Below are positions 1 to 12,870 of a stretch of 64,000 nucleotides of DNA, piece by piece. The notes under the pieces are model-generated. The model was not told where the DNA came from. It searched no databases and was given only the letters and a program-made list of their open reading frames with translations. This stretch comes from Catajapyx aquilonaris (Eukaryota), in assembly GCA_000934665.2 (NCBI GenBank), contig JYFJ02001879.1:1-64000 (forward strand), read 5' to 3'. Both the position numbers and the translations under genes were made by a program. Numbering within the stretch: the first letter of the stretch is position 1; each line of letters opens with the position of its first letter.

Positions 1-95
1 ATGAAGGGAGATCACATCGAGAAAAAATGACATTGTGAGAGTTGTAACACATGTCCTTCATACCTAGGTAGATAACTTTTTGACCCTCCCTCGTA
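1..95 (+). mobile_element. 3' end of a mariner-type transposon (transposase C-terminus plus right TIR)
   Basis: 1-30 reads MKGDHIEKK*, like the mariner C-terminal GDY(I/V)EK*. It is followed by ...ACTTTTTGACCCTCCCTCG-TA (reverse complement TA-CGAGGGAGGGTCAAAAAGT, a mariner-like TIR with TA target). Confidence 0.6.
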
Positions 96-483
96 TATGC
101 TCCCTGATGTTACATTGAAGCATAGGAGTCAAAAATACACATATGTACACTCAATGAAAGCTGTTTTATTTATAGGCCTGTCCTTGTCCCTGTCACCATT
201 GGGCTCAATTTGGGGGGCAATCTGCTGAATTTTTATTGCCGTTTCTGTCATACTGATAGCGACCTTTGTGTCGAAGGACAGATAAGACGTAAGTACACAT
301 TTGTATCTTGTTTGTTCCTGAATTTATTCATAACATTGTTGGCGACTGTTCGCGTTTCATTCCATTCATGTAAAATGTTCGAAACGGTTAGATATTATAG
401 CTAAAAATATGGTTCAAAATTAGCAGCTTAATTAGTAACTACTGGAAGCATATCTTCTTCTATTTACAGTATATGTAAGTAGA

Positions 484-695
484 CAGGGTGTTTCAACTTT
501 TTTTGTCCGAACAGTTATCGGAAATATTGCACTAAGCTGCTACTTTGTAAGCAGTGTATGCCTAAAGTACCGGTAACCTAAGATTCGCAGGGAATATTCC
601 TCCGACAAACCGGTTGCAAATCACTGCTTACAAAGTAGCAGATTATAGTGCAATATTTCCAATAACTGTTTGGACAAAAAAGTTGAAACACCCTG
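484..695. mobile_element. Tc1/mariner-type MITE family 1, internally deleted copy
   Basis: Long TIRs CAGGGTGTTTCAACTTTTTTGTCCGAACAGTTATCGGAAA at both ends; TA on the right; same family as 1812-2153 and 3731-4041. Confidence 0.85.
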
Positions 696-1811
696 TATAA
701 AAGTCAAAGTTTGTTTGGCTGCTTCTCCTAAACATGAGTATGAAATGGGTACAGGAAATTTGTTTGTTTGTTTGTTTGCCTGTTTGTCCAGGCTTGGTTT
801 CCATGGTAACGGGCTACCATATGGCAGCAGGTCCTGCAGCTAAGTTAGTCTCATTAATACATAAACAATTGTTAACACCTCCCCCCCCCCTCGCTCCCCC
901 CAAGCAAATTTGAAACCCTCATCGTGATTGGTGAAAGCTGCAACTTCCGCCCCCACACTTCCGGTTCAAATAAGGACTAGATGGCTCACGGGGGGGGGGG
1001 GGGNGGGGGGGGCTTCCTTAAAGCACCAGTTGGTACAGACAAGATTCACTTACGTCAGGGCTTTGCAGCGGAAGAGGAAAATGTAACCTCGAGAAACCAA
1101 TAATCACCTAGGCGTGAATGATTCTCGCAGGAAACTTTTTGCTCTCGCTGTACTGTATTTACGTGAAACAAAAATGTCTACAGGGTACATCTTATTGCAC
1201 CTTCAGTTTATTCATTACATGTAAATTACATTACAATATTACCATAGCTTCTGTCAAATTTCCCGTAAAAAGCCCAACATACCTACAATGCATTAAGACA
1301 GCAGACTTCTAAATAACTGTTATTACCGAATCGTTATATTATTATTAATATTAACTTAATTATTACTCTAATAGCCAAAAGTTTAATAAATGAGTTCAAT
1401 GAAATAAATATATAAATGAATTAATTATAAAGTAATAACTAAACTTAAATAAATAATAAATATAAATGAATGAGTAATAAGATAATAGCTATCAATATTA
1501 ATAAAATAAGTCAGATAAAATAATAAATAATAAATTGTAATAAATATAAATCAACGAATAAATTATTAAGTAACAAAGAAATGTTATATAAAGTATAATA
1601 GATATAAATGAATCATTAATAAGACAATAACTATTATTAATAATAAAATTAGCTCGATAAAATAACAAATAATAAATGGTAATTAAATATAAATCAATAA
1701 ATGGATATTACAAAGGACCCCAAGTATAATACATAAAATAAATGTTACACACAATGATATCTAATGCGTAATTAATAAATAACTAATAAAATAAATAATG
1801 CGTAATAAATA

Positions 1812-2153
1812 CAGGGTGCTTCAACTTTTTTGTCCGAACAATTATCGGAAAATTGGACGTAGCTGCTACTTTGTAAGCAGTGATTTGCAAACCGTGATTT
1901 TTCGTAAGAACGGGGAATATTCCCTGCGAATTGTAGGTTGAAGTGGCATACGCGCTGCTCGCTGAAAATTAAGGGTCAAACCTGGAAAAAATAGGGTCAC
2001 ACATGCCATGGTTGTGCCATGGGATGTGTGCCCCTCTTTTTCCCCAATTCCCCATTCCTCCGACTAATCACCGGTTGCAAGTCACTGCTTACAAAGTAGC
2101 AGCTACGTGCAATTTTCTGATAACTGTTCGGACAAAAACGTTGAAACACCCTG
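1812..2153. mobile_element. Tc1/mariner-type MITE family 1
   Basis: TA-CAGGGTG...CACCCTG-TA with about 80-bp imperfect TIRs. Confidence 0.9.
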
Positions 2154-2991
2154 TATAATGAGCCTTGTGTTTATGAATATCAATTTTTATCTGAAATTTT
2201 AATCAGGAGCAGGGTTAAGACCACTTAATTATTTACTTCTGCAAACTAATTCACAACCTATCGACCTATTTTTTTTTAAAAAATATCCAAACAGTGTCTA
2301 TTTGGAGCAGCTATTTGCACGAATACAATATTACTAATATTAAGTAGCTCCAATCAATTTATTGAGCCATTTAATGACTCCCAATCAATTTATTGACCAA
2401 ATTTAATGGCTCCCAATAATTTTGATGACCCCTTTCTTCATGTCTCCCGCAGTACAACCCATCACCGCAAAATACTGCAGCATCCCCCCCACCCAAAATA
2501 AAAATAAAACAACCCCTGCAGAATTGATCTGTGTGAATCTCCCCCCCCCCCTTTACCCCACCCTGTAGTTGCGTACTTTTTTTTAATACTCCCCCTTCTC
2601 CCTCTACCCCCCTGATCCTCTCCCTACCCCTGTACCTTCCAACCGGTAGAGCTGTTGGGAAAATTGCGCGGAGCATGTAGAAAGAGAGTGGGCTGAGTCG
2701 ATTCGTCAGCAAACACGTCACATTTGGCCCAAAGTGGATCGGAGCCCAGGCTGCTGCTCCCCAATCGGAGCCTGATCCGAATTTTTCTCTAGGACCCCCC
2801 CCCCCCCATCCTAGTTTTTTTGGGGGGAGCGCAACTACATAGAGTCCAGACCCGATTCTCTTTTCTCTCTCTGATCACAACCATTCTACCTTTTTTTCTA
2901 CCTGATTTGACCCACTTTGGGACACATACGGTTTTTTGAGGAAGGGTATTCAATTATGGGGGCCAACAATTGTAAAAATGGCATGTGCGAG

Positions 2992-3253
2992 GCAATTACC
3001 AGGGTCCCCTACATGGTTGCCTCCCCCACCCTAACCAGGGTATTGTCTTCACGTAGTCCTTATGCAATCTAGCTCCAATATGGCCGCCCCATGCTGCAGG
3101 ATAGGGAATTGGCAAGCGATTCGTTTTTGTTTTTTTTTAATTGTTTTTTTTTTTCACTGCATGTAGCTCCTATGTGATTTAGCTCCAATATGGAGGAGAG
3201 ACAATACCCTGTCTAGGTGGGGGAGGCACTCATGGAGGTGACCCTGGCAATTA
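2992..3253. mobile_element. Degenerate inverted-repeat element (MITE-like)
   Basis: GCAATTACCAGGGTCCCCTACATGGTTGCCTCCCCCACC...CAGGGTATTGTCT is mirrored by AGACAATACCCTG...GGTGGGGGAGGCACTCATGGAGGTGACCCTGGCAATT. Confidence 0.55.
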
Positions 3254-3730
3254 CAGCAGGTAATACAACAGGGTGCGAAAATACGAGATTAAATTAACAA
3301 TATTCTTTAACAATTGCAGCTTGCATGAATAGGACTGTACATGTGACAGGTACATTTTTCAACTCTATTGTTCCTAAAAACGTGACTTATAACAATGAGC
3401 ATTTTCACTCGAGTTTTTCTCACGTACCTATAGGTTCCATACAATCGATTTGAGCACATTGCGCAATTATTATGAAGCACCTTCTTGTAAGTGTTAGCTT
3501 TTTTTCCATATAAATTATTAAGCCTAATGGCACAGGTGAGTTATTGACTTTTAATAAGATTGATGAATCAGCTTCACAACTGCAGCCTTGCCCTGTGCGC
3601 ACTGAAAAATGTAAGGTGAGTTTAATTATCCCTTGCGGTACGTAGTGCATTACTGCAGCGGAACTGCCCAAACCAATGCAAGTGATTTGTTAATTAATTT
3701 TTTAAAAAAATAATCTACTTTATGAATATA

Positions 3731-4041
3731 CAGGGTGTTTCAACTTTTTTGTCCGAACAGTTATCGGAAAATTGCACATAGCTGCTACTTTGTAAGCAGT
3801 GACTTGCAACCGGTGATTAGTCGGAGGAATGGGGAATTTGGAAAAAGAGGGTCACATATCCCATGGCATGTGTGACCCTCTCAATTTTCAGCGGGCAGCA
3901 CGTATGCCACTTCAACCTACGATTCGCAGGGAATATTCCCCGTTCCTCCGAAAAATCACCGTTTGCAAGTCACTGCTTACAAAGTAGCAGCTACATGCAA
4001 TTTTCCGATAACTGTTCGGACAAAAAAGTTGAAACACCCTG
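3731..4041. mobile_element. Tc1/mariner-type MITE family 1 (opposite orientation to 1812-2153)
   Basis: TA-CAGGGTGTTTCAAC...GTTGAAACACCCTG-TA; the interior is the reverse complement of the 1812-2153 copy. Confidence 0.9.
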
Positions 4042-4196
4042 TATAAGAGAAAGTTTGTCTGTTTTTCCCTGCAAATGATTGAATACATTTTTTAAAAAAT
4101 ATTCTGCTTCGTGAATCTAGGGAAAGTTTGTCTGTTTGTCCATTCAAACTATTGGTTAATAAATTAATATTTAAAAAATACTCCATGAATCTGACA

Positions 4197-4939
4197 CATG
4201 GTCTTAGAATACTAAGGTCTGGACACTCCTTCTTATCGCCTGCTGGGCGTTTTGCATGATGTGCTCACTTGAGAGCGCCATGAGACCTTTCATTGCGCTA
4301 TTATGTGGCGACCCTACCGGACTACGCTGAACAAAGGTAGAAGAAAAGCCGCTACATGCGGGACCAACATGGCCGCCGGCGACCATGTTGGGTCCCCCAA
4401 TGTAGCGCTTCCCTTTTGTACTTGTACCTATAAAGTTCAGCCTAGTCCGGTAGGGTCGCCACATAATAGCGCCAGGGAGCATATACTACATAAGAGGCGC
4501 AAACATTCGATTTCCGCGTCTCTCTCTCTCTCTTTGGGGCGTTGCCAAGGCTGGCGGCCATCTTGAAGTGTGGGGAACGCCAACGAGGTATGAATAGGAT
4601 GCAGGCAAAAATAGGGTCCCCATCTCTGATTCGCGTGTGTTCTTGCCGTGTAGTTGCCATGTCCGCCAAACCATCAAAGATGGGGACCCTATTTTTGCCT
4701 GTACCCTATTCATACCTCGTTGGCGTTCCCCACACTTCAAGATGGCCGCCAGCCTTGGCAACGGCCCCAAACAGAGAGACGCGAACATCAAAGGCGCCGA
4801 CAGAAGTTTGCGCCTCTTATGTAGTATATGCTCCCTGATAGTGCAGTGAAAGGTCTCATGGCGCTCTCAGGTGAGCACCTAATGCAAAACGCCCCGGCAG
4901 GCGATAAGATAAGATTGTAGGGGAAGTGTCCGGGGGCTG
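4197..4939. mobile_element. Fold-back non-autonomous DNA element with asymmetric ends and 8-bp TSD (copy 1, carrying a nested insertion)
   Basis: TSD ATCTGACA at 4189-4196 and 4940-4947. Ends are CATGGTCTTAGAATACTAAGG and AGTGTCCGGGGGCTG, with long internal inverted repeats. A second copy lies at 15890-16273. Confidence 0.85.
4473..4837. mobile_element. Palindromic MITE nested in 4197-4939 (7-bp TSD, P-element-like)
   Basis: TIR CAGGGAGCATATACTACATAAGAGGCGC; TSD ATAGCGC/ATAGTGC; absent from the 15890-16273 copy; the interior is a long near-perfect hairpin. Confidence 0.85.
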
Positions 4940-6786
4940 ATCTGACATATTATAAGGGAAAGTTTGCTTGTCCATGCAAGTTATTGGTTAATTAATTAAT
5001 TTAAACAAAAGATTCTACTCCATGAATCTTACATAATATAAGGAAAAGGTTGTCTGTTTGTCCATGGCAACTGCTTTACCACGGAAACAGGCCGTGCGAA
5101 GAACGGGCTCTGCTGCTAGTAAAATGATAGATTATTTGCCTACTTCTAGAGGTCCACAATCGACCTCTACAGAGCAGGTCAACACACGGCTGAACCTGAT
5201 AACAGGCGTAACCGCCAGCTTAACGTCCAAAATCGTGATATAGCTAATAGAACAATTATTCCGCTCGCAAAAACTCCTAGTTTAAAAAATCTTCTCCGGA
5301 CTTGAACTGGGAGGATAACCATTCTCTACTAAAAGTTTAAATGCCCCACTGTCGCTGCGACATTGTCAGCAGGGGTCTAATTATGCCTCCCTGCAAAATA
5401 CAGGGTGTCCGTAATGAAATGACCCATTACCATGCGCCACTGCTCGTACACCGTGCCATCTACTGGGTAGGCAAACCGCAACCTGCTGAATACAAAGCAG
5501 GTCTCTCTCTCTCTCTCTCTACCCTCCCCAAGTTTCTTCTTCCCAGTGGCAGTTGGGTGCCCCCCACCGCCAGGGTGCAGTCAAGCATCGTAATGGGTCA
5601 TATCACGCAAGTGGACATCTTGCATAATCGCCACCGACCATTATTTTGGGACGCCATCCGGGACAGGCTGTCAAAACCTTCCAAGTCGGACAATATCTAG
5701 TTTGAGTTGCCGCCTTGACGCGCGCAGATGGCGCCACAATCGGGTTGACACAGTTGCCAGGCGCATCAGAATCTGTCTGGCAACAAACTGTGCTTTCAAG
5801 GTGCTCTATAAGTGTGAGTCGGGATATAACATCATCGGTTATAATAGACTCGAAAGGCCAATCCTGTCATACTTCCATACGGACCTGTGTATTTTTGCTC
5901 CTGATATAGCATACTCATTTTCACCTAATCTCGGCTATAGCAAACCATTTTTGGGCCCTCAGCAGGAAAATATGTTTCTTTGTTATTATTCAAATACCTT
6001 TCCCACTCGCAGGAAGGCAGATAATACTGAAGGGGAGTGATTTTCGCATCTGTCACTGATCTCATCTAAACTACTCAAAATCATACATTTTCTGCCACAT
6101 TTTGGCAACATGGGGGACAGCAGAAATAAATTACGTATTTTTGTGGATAGTTTCATTAGCGTATGCATGGGCATTATAAGCATATGGAAAGCAGAAAACT
6201 GTGTCTATTATTTTGTTGCAAAAGTGGCGATTTGGCTATAACAGACCTCGGTTTATGACATACTTTTCCAGCGGTTCCTTGAAGTCTGTTATATCCGTAG
6301 TCAACTGTATAAGGCAAAGTTTGTCTGTTTTGAAATCTTGATTGGTCACTTTCCAACTAATGTACTGTGCTGGGCATTAATGGAGCCTTACTGGTGGAGC
6401 CACTATCCGATGGATTAACTCTTGGCGCCACCAGTACAACACCATTAAAGTCTTGCACTGTACTTGAACAATGTGGATCCTATAGTACATTTAAACTTCC
6501 AAAATGCAATCTAACCAGAGTACCCTCTGGTAAAATGTTAGGCCATAATACACTGGCCTAACACCCACTGCACCGCTATGTCGACAACCAGCTTCATTAC
6601 TTTTCCAGAGATATTGACACTCTGCTACAAGCCCCAGATATCATTCACCCTGTAGGCAATTTGCCCACATAAATATGGTTCCACGCAGGCATCAATTTTA
6701 TCGACAGACTGTGCATGGCATGGCAGCCAAACGCTGTTTTTGAATAAACGATGGGGGAAACGAAGCCCCCGTGTGAAAATACTGAC

Positions 6787-6995
6787 CTATGACGGTAAGG
6801 TTGAGTGTGGCGCTTCGGGTGGGCGAATTGCGAAAGTCCACCCGGCACCTATAAACTCCTTGGTCCCGATTCTCCACACCTTCAACCACCAATCTGGCAG
6901 GGGTGGCCACGGTCCGGAAATGGGCCCTGGTCCCGAAGGATGCTTCCGAGGACCAATGTTTCGCCTGGCTGAAGGGCTTCCCTCGCACATCCAAG
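6787..6995 (-). CDS. Sidestep/nephrin-family Ig receptor, coding exon 3 (second half of the V-set Ig domain)
   Basis: Acceptor ttccag and donor gtcagt; 209 nt, phase 2 to phase 1. Translates LDVRGKPFSQAKHWSS...GTRAHF...LVVEGVENRDQGVYRCRVDFRNSPTRSATLNLTVI. YRCRVDFxxSPTR is the Sidestep-family signature. Confidence 0.9.
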
Positions 6996-8094
6996 CTGGA
7001 AGAGAAAGTGGCAACAACGCGTTAGAGTAGTTCAGGGACGCCGTCGAGAGAGGGCGCTATACGGTCTATAGTGATTTTTTAGTATTTACGCAGTATTTTT
7101 GTACTGGTTTGGTCAGTGATTGAAGCATGTGAGACAAACAAAAATTAAAATGATAATTGAGTGTCACATTAAGTGTAGAAACATGTAAAACCTACTTGTA
7201 ATGAGTTAGACTGCTATTCAAAATTTATATCGCAATATTCCTGCTGCTGCTGCTCTCTCTCTTCCCATGCATAATTGCTAGACATAACGAATAACCAGTC
7301 CGGCACAAAGACAAACTGCAGCCCCATTGTTAACCAGTGCGCGACATAGCCCCATGTAAACGCATTAACTCAACCCAACACAGCCCCAGCTTCTGGATGT
7401 CATACCTTGAAACAATATCGCAGGCAGACCATATTTGCATGGCGTGCGGTAACTAGGCCTGGGCGTAACTATTGCGGTCGCACTTTGTATTCCAATAGTT
7501 TCTAAACAAAAAAGAGAGAGAGGAGGTGAGGGGAGGGCTTTACGAGCACCCAGCAGCGTTTCCTTATATACCGTGCGCCTGTTGCGAAATTTATCGATGC
7601 TTTTGCTAAAGAGGATTTGCATAAATGGATGTCTCTTGCAAGATGAAGCATGTTAATGACGCTATCAAATCCCATCCCCGACAGAGACGTACAGTAAGTA
7701 AATCGCTGCTTCTCAAGCTGAATGTGTCGCTATAACACTGCAGATATGCTCGTCACTCCAAGGGGGAGGCTCTCATCAAAACAACAGCCATCCACAGGGT
7801 GACACAACCGATTGTTGACGCCCTAACCTGATTTTCCACCAGCTAGTATATATACCCAATCACCCACATATTTAACGCCCTCGTTTCATTGTCCGCGACC
7901 AATACAGGCATGGGCGGGTAGCTGACACGTTAATCAATGATGCAGTCAATAGAATAAATATAGGCAGCCAAGTTGAGGCTACCATAATGTGCAACAAGCC
8001 TAGGAACATTCACGCATGAAGACAATGCATAAATTTGAATCAAGAATACATTTAGTGTATTAATAACACCTGGATCACTGTTATTGCTGTAGTG

Positions 8095-8470
8095 ATTTGT
8101 ACAGGTGTGATACAGGTGTATTTAGATAGGTGTTGCACAGGTATGTACAGGTGTATACAGTGTATATTATGTATAGGTGTTGTATAGGTGTGTAATACAG
8201 GTGTAATACAGCAGGTCTTGTGAATATGTCATACAAGGGTTATGCAAGTATCATGCAGGTGTTGTACAGGTGCTGACAGGTGCTGCACAGGTGCTGACAG
8301 GTGCTGACAGGTGCTGTACAGGTGCTGACAGGTGCTGTACAGGTGCTGCACAGGTGTAATACAGATGTTGTACAGGTGTAATGTAGTTGTAATTCAGATG
8401 ATTGTAATACAGGTGTTCTGCTGGTGTAATACATGCGTAATACAGGTGTGATACAGCCATGCAGGTGTTA
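8095..8470. repeat. Minisatellite of 10-12-bp units built on ACAGGTG
   Basis: Repeated (T)ACAGGTGCTG / ACAGGTGTAAT units; these explain spurious ORFs 8240-8529. Confidence 0.85.
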
Positions 8471-10063
8471 TAGTAGCCATCTATCGGTATTCCACATGAT
8501 TTAACCAGTTGTACCGTTAACTGCTGCATCGATCAGGCCCATAAAATGCAAGTTTAAAAAATTTAGTACATATTTTATTAACATATTGTGTAAGGAGACC
8601 CGCTGGAATTGGAGTGAAAAATGGGCAATTTTTTGGAAAGGCTCTGTAGATATATAGGATGATTCTTTACAACCTCAAGCTTTGGGAGGGGTGGGTGGGA
8701 GGGAAGGGTACAGTAACAAAAAAAAAACTGAGAAAAACGAGCAAATTATGCGACTTTTAGTAATTCATAGGTTCGTAAATTCTCAAGGGCAAAATTCGCA
8801 TCCTTGCTCCCTGTTTCTCCTTTGCTATTACTCTTTCTTTGTCTCTCCCTTCGGCTGCGTCAAGTTGTTTTTTTATATTACAACTCAGATTTACGACGGA
8901 AAAAACGGCCCGGATTTTTGTCCGTCGTAAAATAGCAAAAAAGCCGCGCAAAAAAACGCTTTTCCTAAAAGTTTGAAGAAAACTTTTTGGAAAAAAAAAT
9001 CCGCAATATTTTCACATTCAAAAATCTGGCCTTATAAATGGCCATCACGTTGTAACTTATTCAAACTCTGGTAAAATTTGCGTGTGGCCCCTGGCAACAT
9101 AATTACTGCAGTAATGCAATTAAAACCTGACCCAATTCGTCACTCTGACAAATTGCACTGGAATTCTCGAAAATGGTGCCAAAATCCCCTCAACAATAAT
9201 TAACTTCTTTATTAAAGAAAACCCCCTCAGAACCATTACATAAGTTACCACATTTTTTTTAAAAAAAAGAAGGTGTAAGATCAATAGTTTGAAGCCATTG
9301 TACGTTTCTAAGGCTACTTATATTCTGCTCGTATAGCTATGGGGGTTGGAGCGGCAGAGTGAGAAATGGCCCAAAGGAAGTGGAATTTGCACGTCAAGAC
9401 GTAATATCTAGGGGGGTCTCCCCCCCTCTAAGAAAGGTTAAAAATGTCCAGAGTCACGCTAGGATTTTTTTTGTACCTTCAGTGGGAGACCCCCCGGATC
9501 ACGAAACCAGAAAAGGAATCTGTTAACCATCTGAGGAAATATCCACAGGAAATTTTACTCTAGACAAAAAAATATATATAAGAAAAAAAATAGGGCTTAC
9601 TAAGAAAATCGGTGCAGTTTCAACGTTTTCGTGTGTATAAGCCCGGTTTTTGGGGGGAGGGGGGAGACGGAGGCTATTGGGGATATCGGGTTTTGTAGCA
9701 GGTGCTGCGTGTTTGAACAAATTGCTTTTGTAGGATTTTGCTCTTTTTTTTGAGAGAGAGAGGGAGAAAAGGAGGAGCAAACAGCTTGCTGTTTTTAGAT
9801 GCCAAAAATATTGCAGAATTTGCAGCATAAATGAAGCTGGGTACTATCAAACATTAGAATTAGGCACGATATTAAAAATAACTAGTAATTTTATATCATA
9901 ATATTTATAAAATTATTGATAAATAAATTACATGTATTCATAAATACTATCCCTAGAATTATTCATCATCATCATCATCGCCATCACGACATTTCCCTAA
10001 AAGGGGTAGTCATAAATACATGTGTTCACAAATACTATTCCTAGAATTACTTATAAATTAATC

Positions 10064-10185
10064 AAATGTGTTCATAAATATCGCTCATAACATTATTTAT
10101 AAATTCATTAAATGTGTTCATAAATATCGCTCATAACATTATTTATAAATTCATTAAATGTGTTCATAAATATCACTCATAAAAT
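10064..10185. repeat. 46-bp AT-rich tandem repeat (about 2.6 copies)
   Basis: AAATGTGTTCATAAATATCGCTCATAACATTATTTATAAATTCATT repeated. Confidence 0.8.
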
Positions 10186-12047
10186 TATTAATACTGAAAT
10201 TATTTCAATAAAGAAAATGTAGTCGTAACAGATTCATAAATACTATTCGTAAATTAAGCTGGGCACTATCATACATTATAGATTAGCTCAGACACACAAA
10301 TTAGGTATTAGGTACGGTAATGATATCCAATGGTTTTGCATTTTTTTTCTGGAAGAGTCTCATAATCGCTTTCTATAGACTATAGTGAATATTACTAACA
10401 AATTGTAGCAACGTACTTAAAATGCAACGGTTCGTTGCAAAAATTTGATTAAAAAATTATAACAAAAATTATAGCTTCAGCGAAAACAAAATTTTCACAC
10501 GAATTGATACATTTGGCAGAATATTGAAACTCTCATTTAACGCAATATTTAAAAATTACATCAAAAAATAAAATTTCAGCCTTATTTACATTCATGTACT
10601 GATAGTTTGTAGGGTGTACCGTCCCTGCATTATGTCCACCTATCGCAGTTACACACCTGGCTGACTCATTTCCTTTACGGCACATTCACCTTTCCTGTTA
10701 GTGTGGTATCAGTCATTCAGATATTTCCAACCTTGAGACCCTATTTTTACAGCAGAAAAATCGAAATTCATCACACCTGTCTCCAGACCCGTGCCATTGG
10801 TCGTGATGTTAAAAATTTTCCTCCCATCTTGCCATATCAGCTTCAAAAAAATATTGGAATGAAATATGAGTTTTTGTGGTATACAAAAAGTAACATCAAA
10901 CAACAAAATTTTTGGGGGGGGCTAGTACCGCCTATGGGATGGTCATGGTTGTAATAGAAGCCTACTATAGATTCGGTCTGATCTGAATCTATTTAGCAAC
11001 CCAGCAGTTCCCCTTCCCTTTGATGGAACAAAAAAATTGTTCTACACCATATGTTCAACCCCTACCTGGATGTGCCAGAAGGAACATTCTCTATTTGTAT
11101 TGCATTTGTGCAAGAAATCTTGCTAAAATATCAGTACGGTATGACCTCAGGCCATTTGCATAGTCAATGTTCTGCGGATATTCAAACCCCCACCGTGCAC
11201 CTACAGTTTCTGCATTTGATAGAAGCAAAATCCTTAATTTAGAACTGAGAATATTAGATTTGGAGGGGGGTCAAAGCACTGCAAACATTAACTAGTCAGA
11301 TTTCCTCAATGGTTCTGGACTCAATTATGCACTAGGAATATATATTTTAACAGAGTGCGCACCCACTATCGCGCATCATTGATAATGCCAACACTGCTGC
11401 GCGAACTGTGATGCGCACATCGGCTGGCTCGTAAAATAATGTGGAAATTGGGTAGCTCGTAGAATAATCATCTATAATATCAACATAAATTGATTTATTG
11501 AATTGTTATTAAGTAACTGTTATTTCAAGTCGTGCCATACGCAGTGTCAGGAAGATCTTGATCGGATCTCGTGACCTGATAGGACAAAAAAAGGGCCACG
11601 GCCATTGCCCGCTGATGGAACTATAGGTGTGGGCCGGGTGTGGGAAAATCCTGTGACCCGGTGGCCCATCCCCCGTCCCACTCATAATGAATGAAATTTC
11701 GTCCTATCACATGCACACGCACACGCCACCAATTGATTTCCACTGTCGCACACACGCACTCGGATATTACAGGAAGGCCAGTTTTTAAAAAAAATCTTTT
11801 TCGTAGAACTCTAGCGTCATTTTTTCGTGCCAATAGACTGGCAATAGAGTCACACAATGTTGCAAAATGCATTAGTCATCATGTAGGTGTAATTTCGTAA
11901 GTAAAACATGGGTTGGGCTGAAAATGATGTATTTCCAACCGTCATATGACGTATTTCCAACAGTTCCATTTTGAGTAAAATGTCATTTTTTGATAACTAA
12001 TATTGGCATTTTTAAAGGTAGGGTAATAATTATTTATTTATTTATTT

Positions 12048-12352
12048 ACTAGCTGCGGCACCCGGCGCTGCCCGGGAAGAAATGAATGAAGGGAAAACAC
12101 CTGCCAGTCGTAGCCCCGTCAACTGTCTGTCGTTCTATGTGTCCGCCCACCTATGCCATCTGTGGTCCTGCTACTCCACCTTCAACCTCTCCCGCCTGTA
12201 TAACTGCAACCGTCATTTGCCTCCCATCTGCAGTCAACCACCAACACCTCCATCCTCTCCCGGCCTGGGGGTGGAGCACAGATGGCAGGCAAATGACGGT
12301 TGGCAGGCGGACAGACAGACAGACAGACTCACAAACGGCTTTATTTATATAG
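12048..12352 (+). mobile_element. Helitron/Helentron-like non-autonomous element (HINE/DINE type)
   Basis: Starts ACTAGCTGCGGCACCCGGCGCTGCCCGGG (hairpin), contains a (GACA)n microsatellite and ends GCTTTATTTATATAGA. A reverse copy lies at 22891-23587. Confidence 0.7.
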
Positions 12353-12354
12353 AT

Positions 12355-12630
12355 TTATTTTTGTTACCCCGTGATAGAGCTCGTGGCCCTCTTAGGGGGG
12401 AAAGGGGAAGTTCCCAAGGGAGGGCGCCGTGCAATAGCCATTTCTGACATTCTTTAACACCATGCCTTTTCTCCTGGCCCCGAGCAGAGAAGAGGTGCAG
12501 ATCTGCTCCGGCATGTCAGGAGAAAAGCGGAAAAAGACCCGGCCAAGCAGAGGTGATGAGGACGGGATTTGAACCCCGGCCTCCCGCTCGGCTGGCCAGC
12601 GGCGGAACCGCTAGACCACCACGCCGCCCC
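12355..12630 (-). mobile_element. tRNA-derived SINE family B
   Basis: Minus-strand head GGGGCGGCGTGGTGGTCTAGCGG (A box) ... GGTTCAAATCCC (B box); homologous to 26831-27180. Confidence 0.8.
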
Positions 12631-12870
12631 TTATTTATTAATTTATTTACCATACCCCATGCTAGAGCCTTTGGCTCCCTTAGGGGGGTGGATTACCACC
12701 ATTGGATGGGACCAGAGGTAGGGAAGGAAGCGGCTGTGGCCTATTTTTACGGAAACGATCCCGGAATTGTCTTGGGGAGACCATAGTCAGGGTAGCCGGT
12801 CCCTGATTCGAACCCAGGACCTCCCGATTAGCATGCGGGCACCTTATCCCCTACACCAACCTGCTTCGGT
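12631..12870 (-). mobile_element. tRNA-derived SINE family A, diverged copy
   Basis: Head ACCGAAGCAG...GCTAATCGGGAGGTCCTGGGTTCGAATC shared with the 14037 and 29677 copies. Confidence 0.75.

Noticed and set aside
989..1012. G/C homopolymers containing N (also near 13106, 35038, 49723 and 53229) as G-quadruplex elements
   Set aside because: A single N inside each run points to assembly joins at homopolymers, so the run lengths are unreliable.
4204..4849. Mirror-image ORFs on both strands
   Set aside because: They are a by-product of palindromic MITEs; the same applies to 15994-16299 and 46712-47144.
1..6786. Next Sidestep exon (second Ig domain)
   Set aside because: No convincing PP..P...GP..EG..L.L.C exon was found on the minus strand; it probably lies left of the window.
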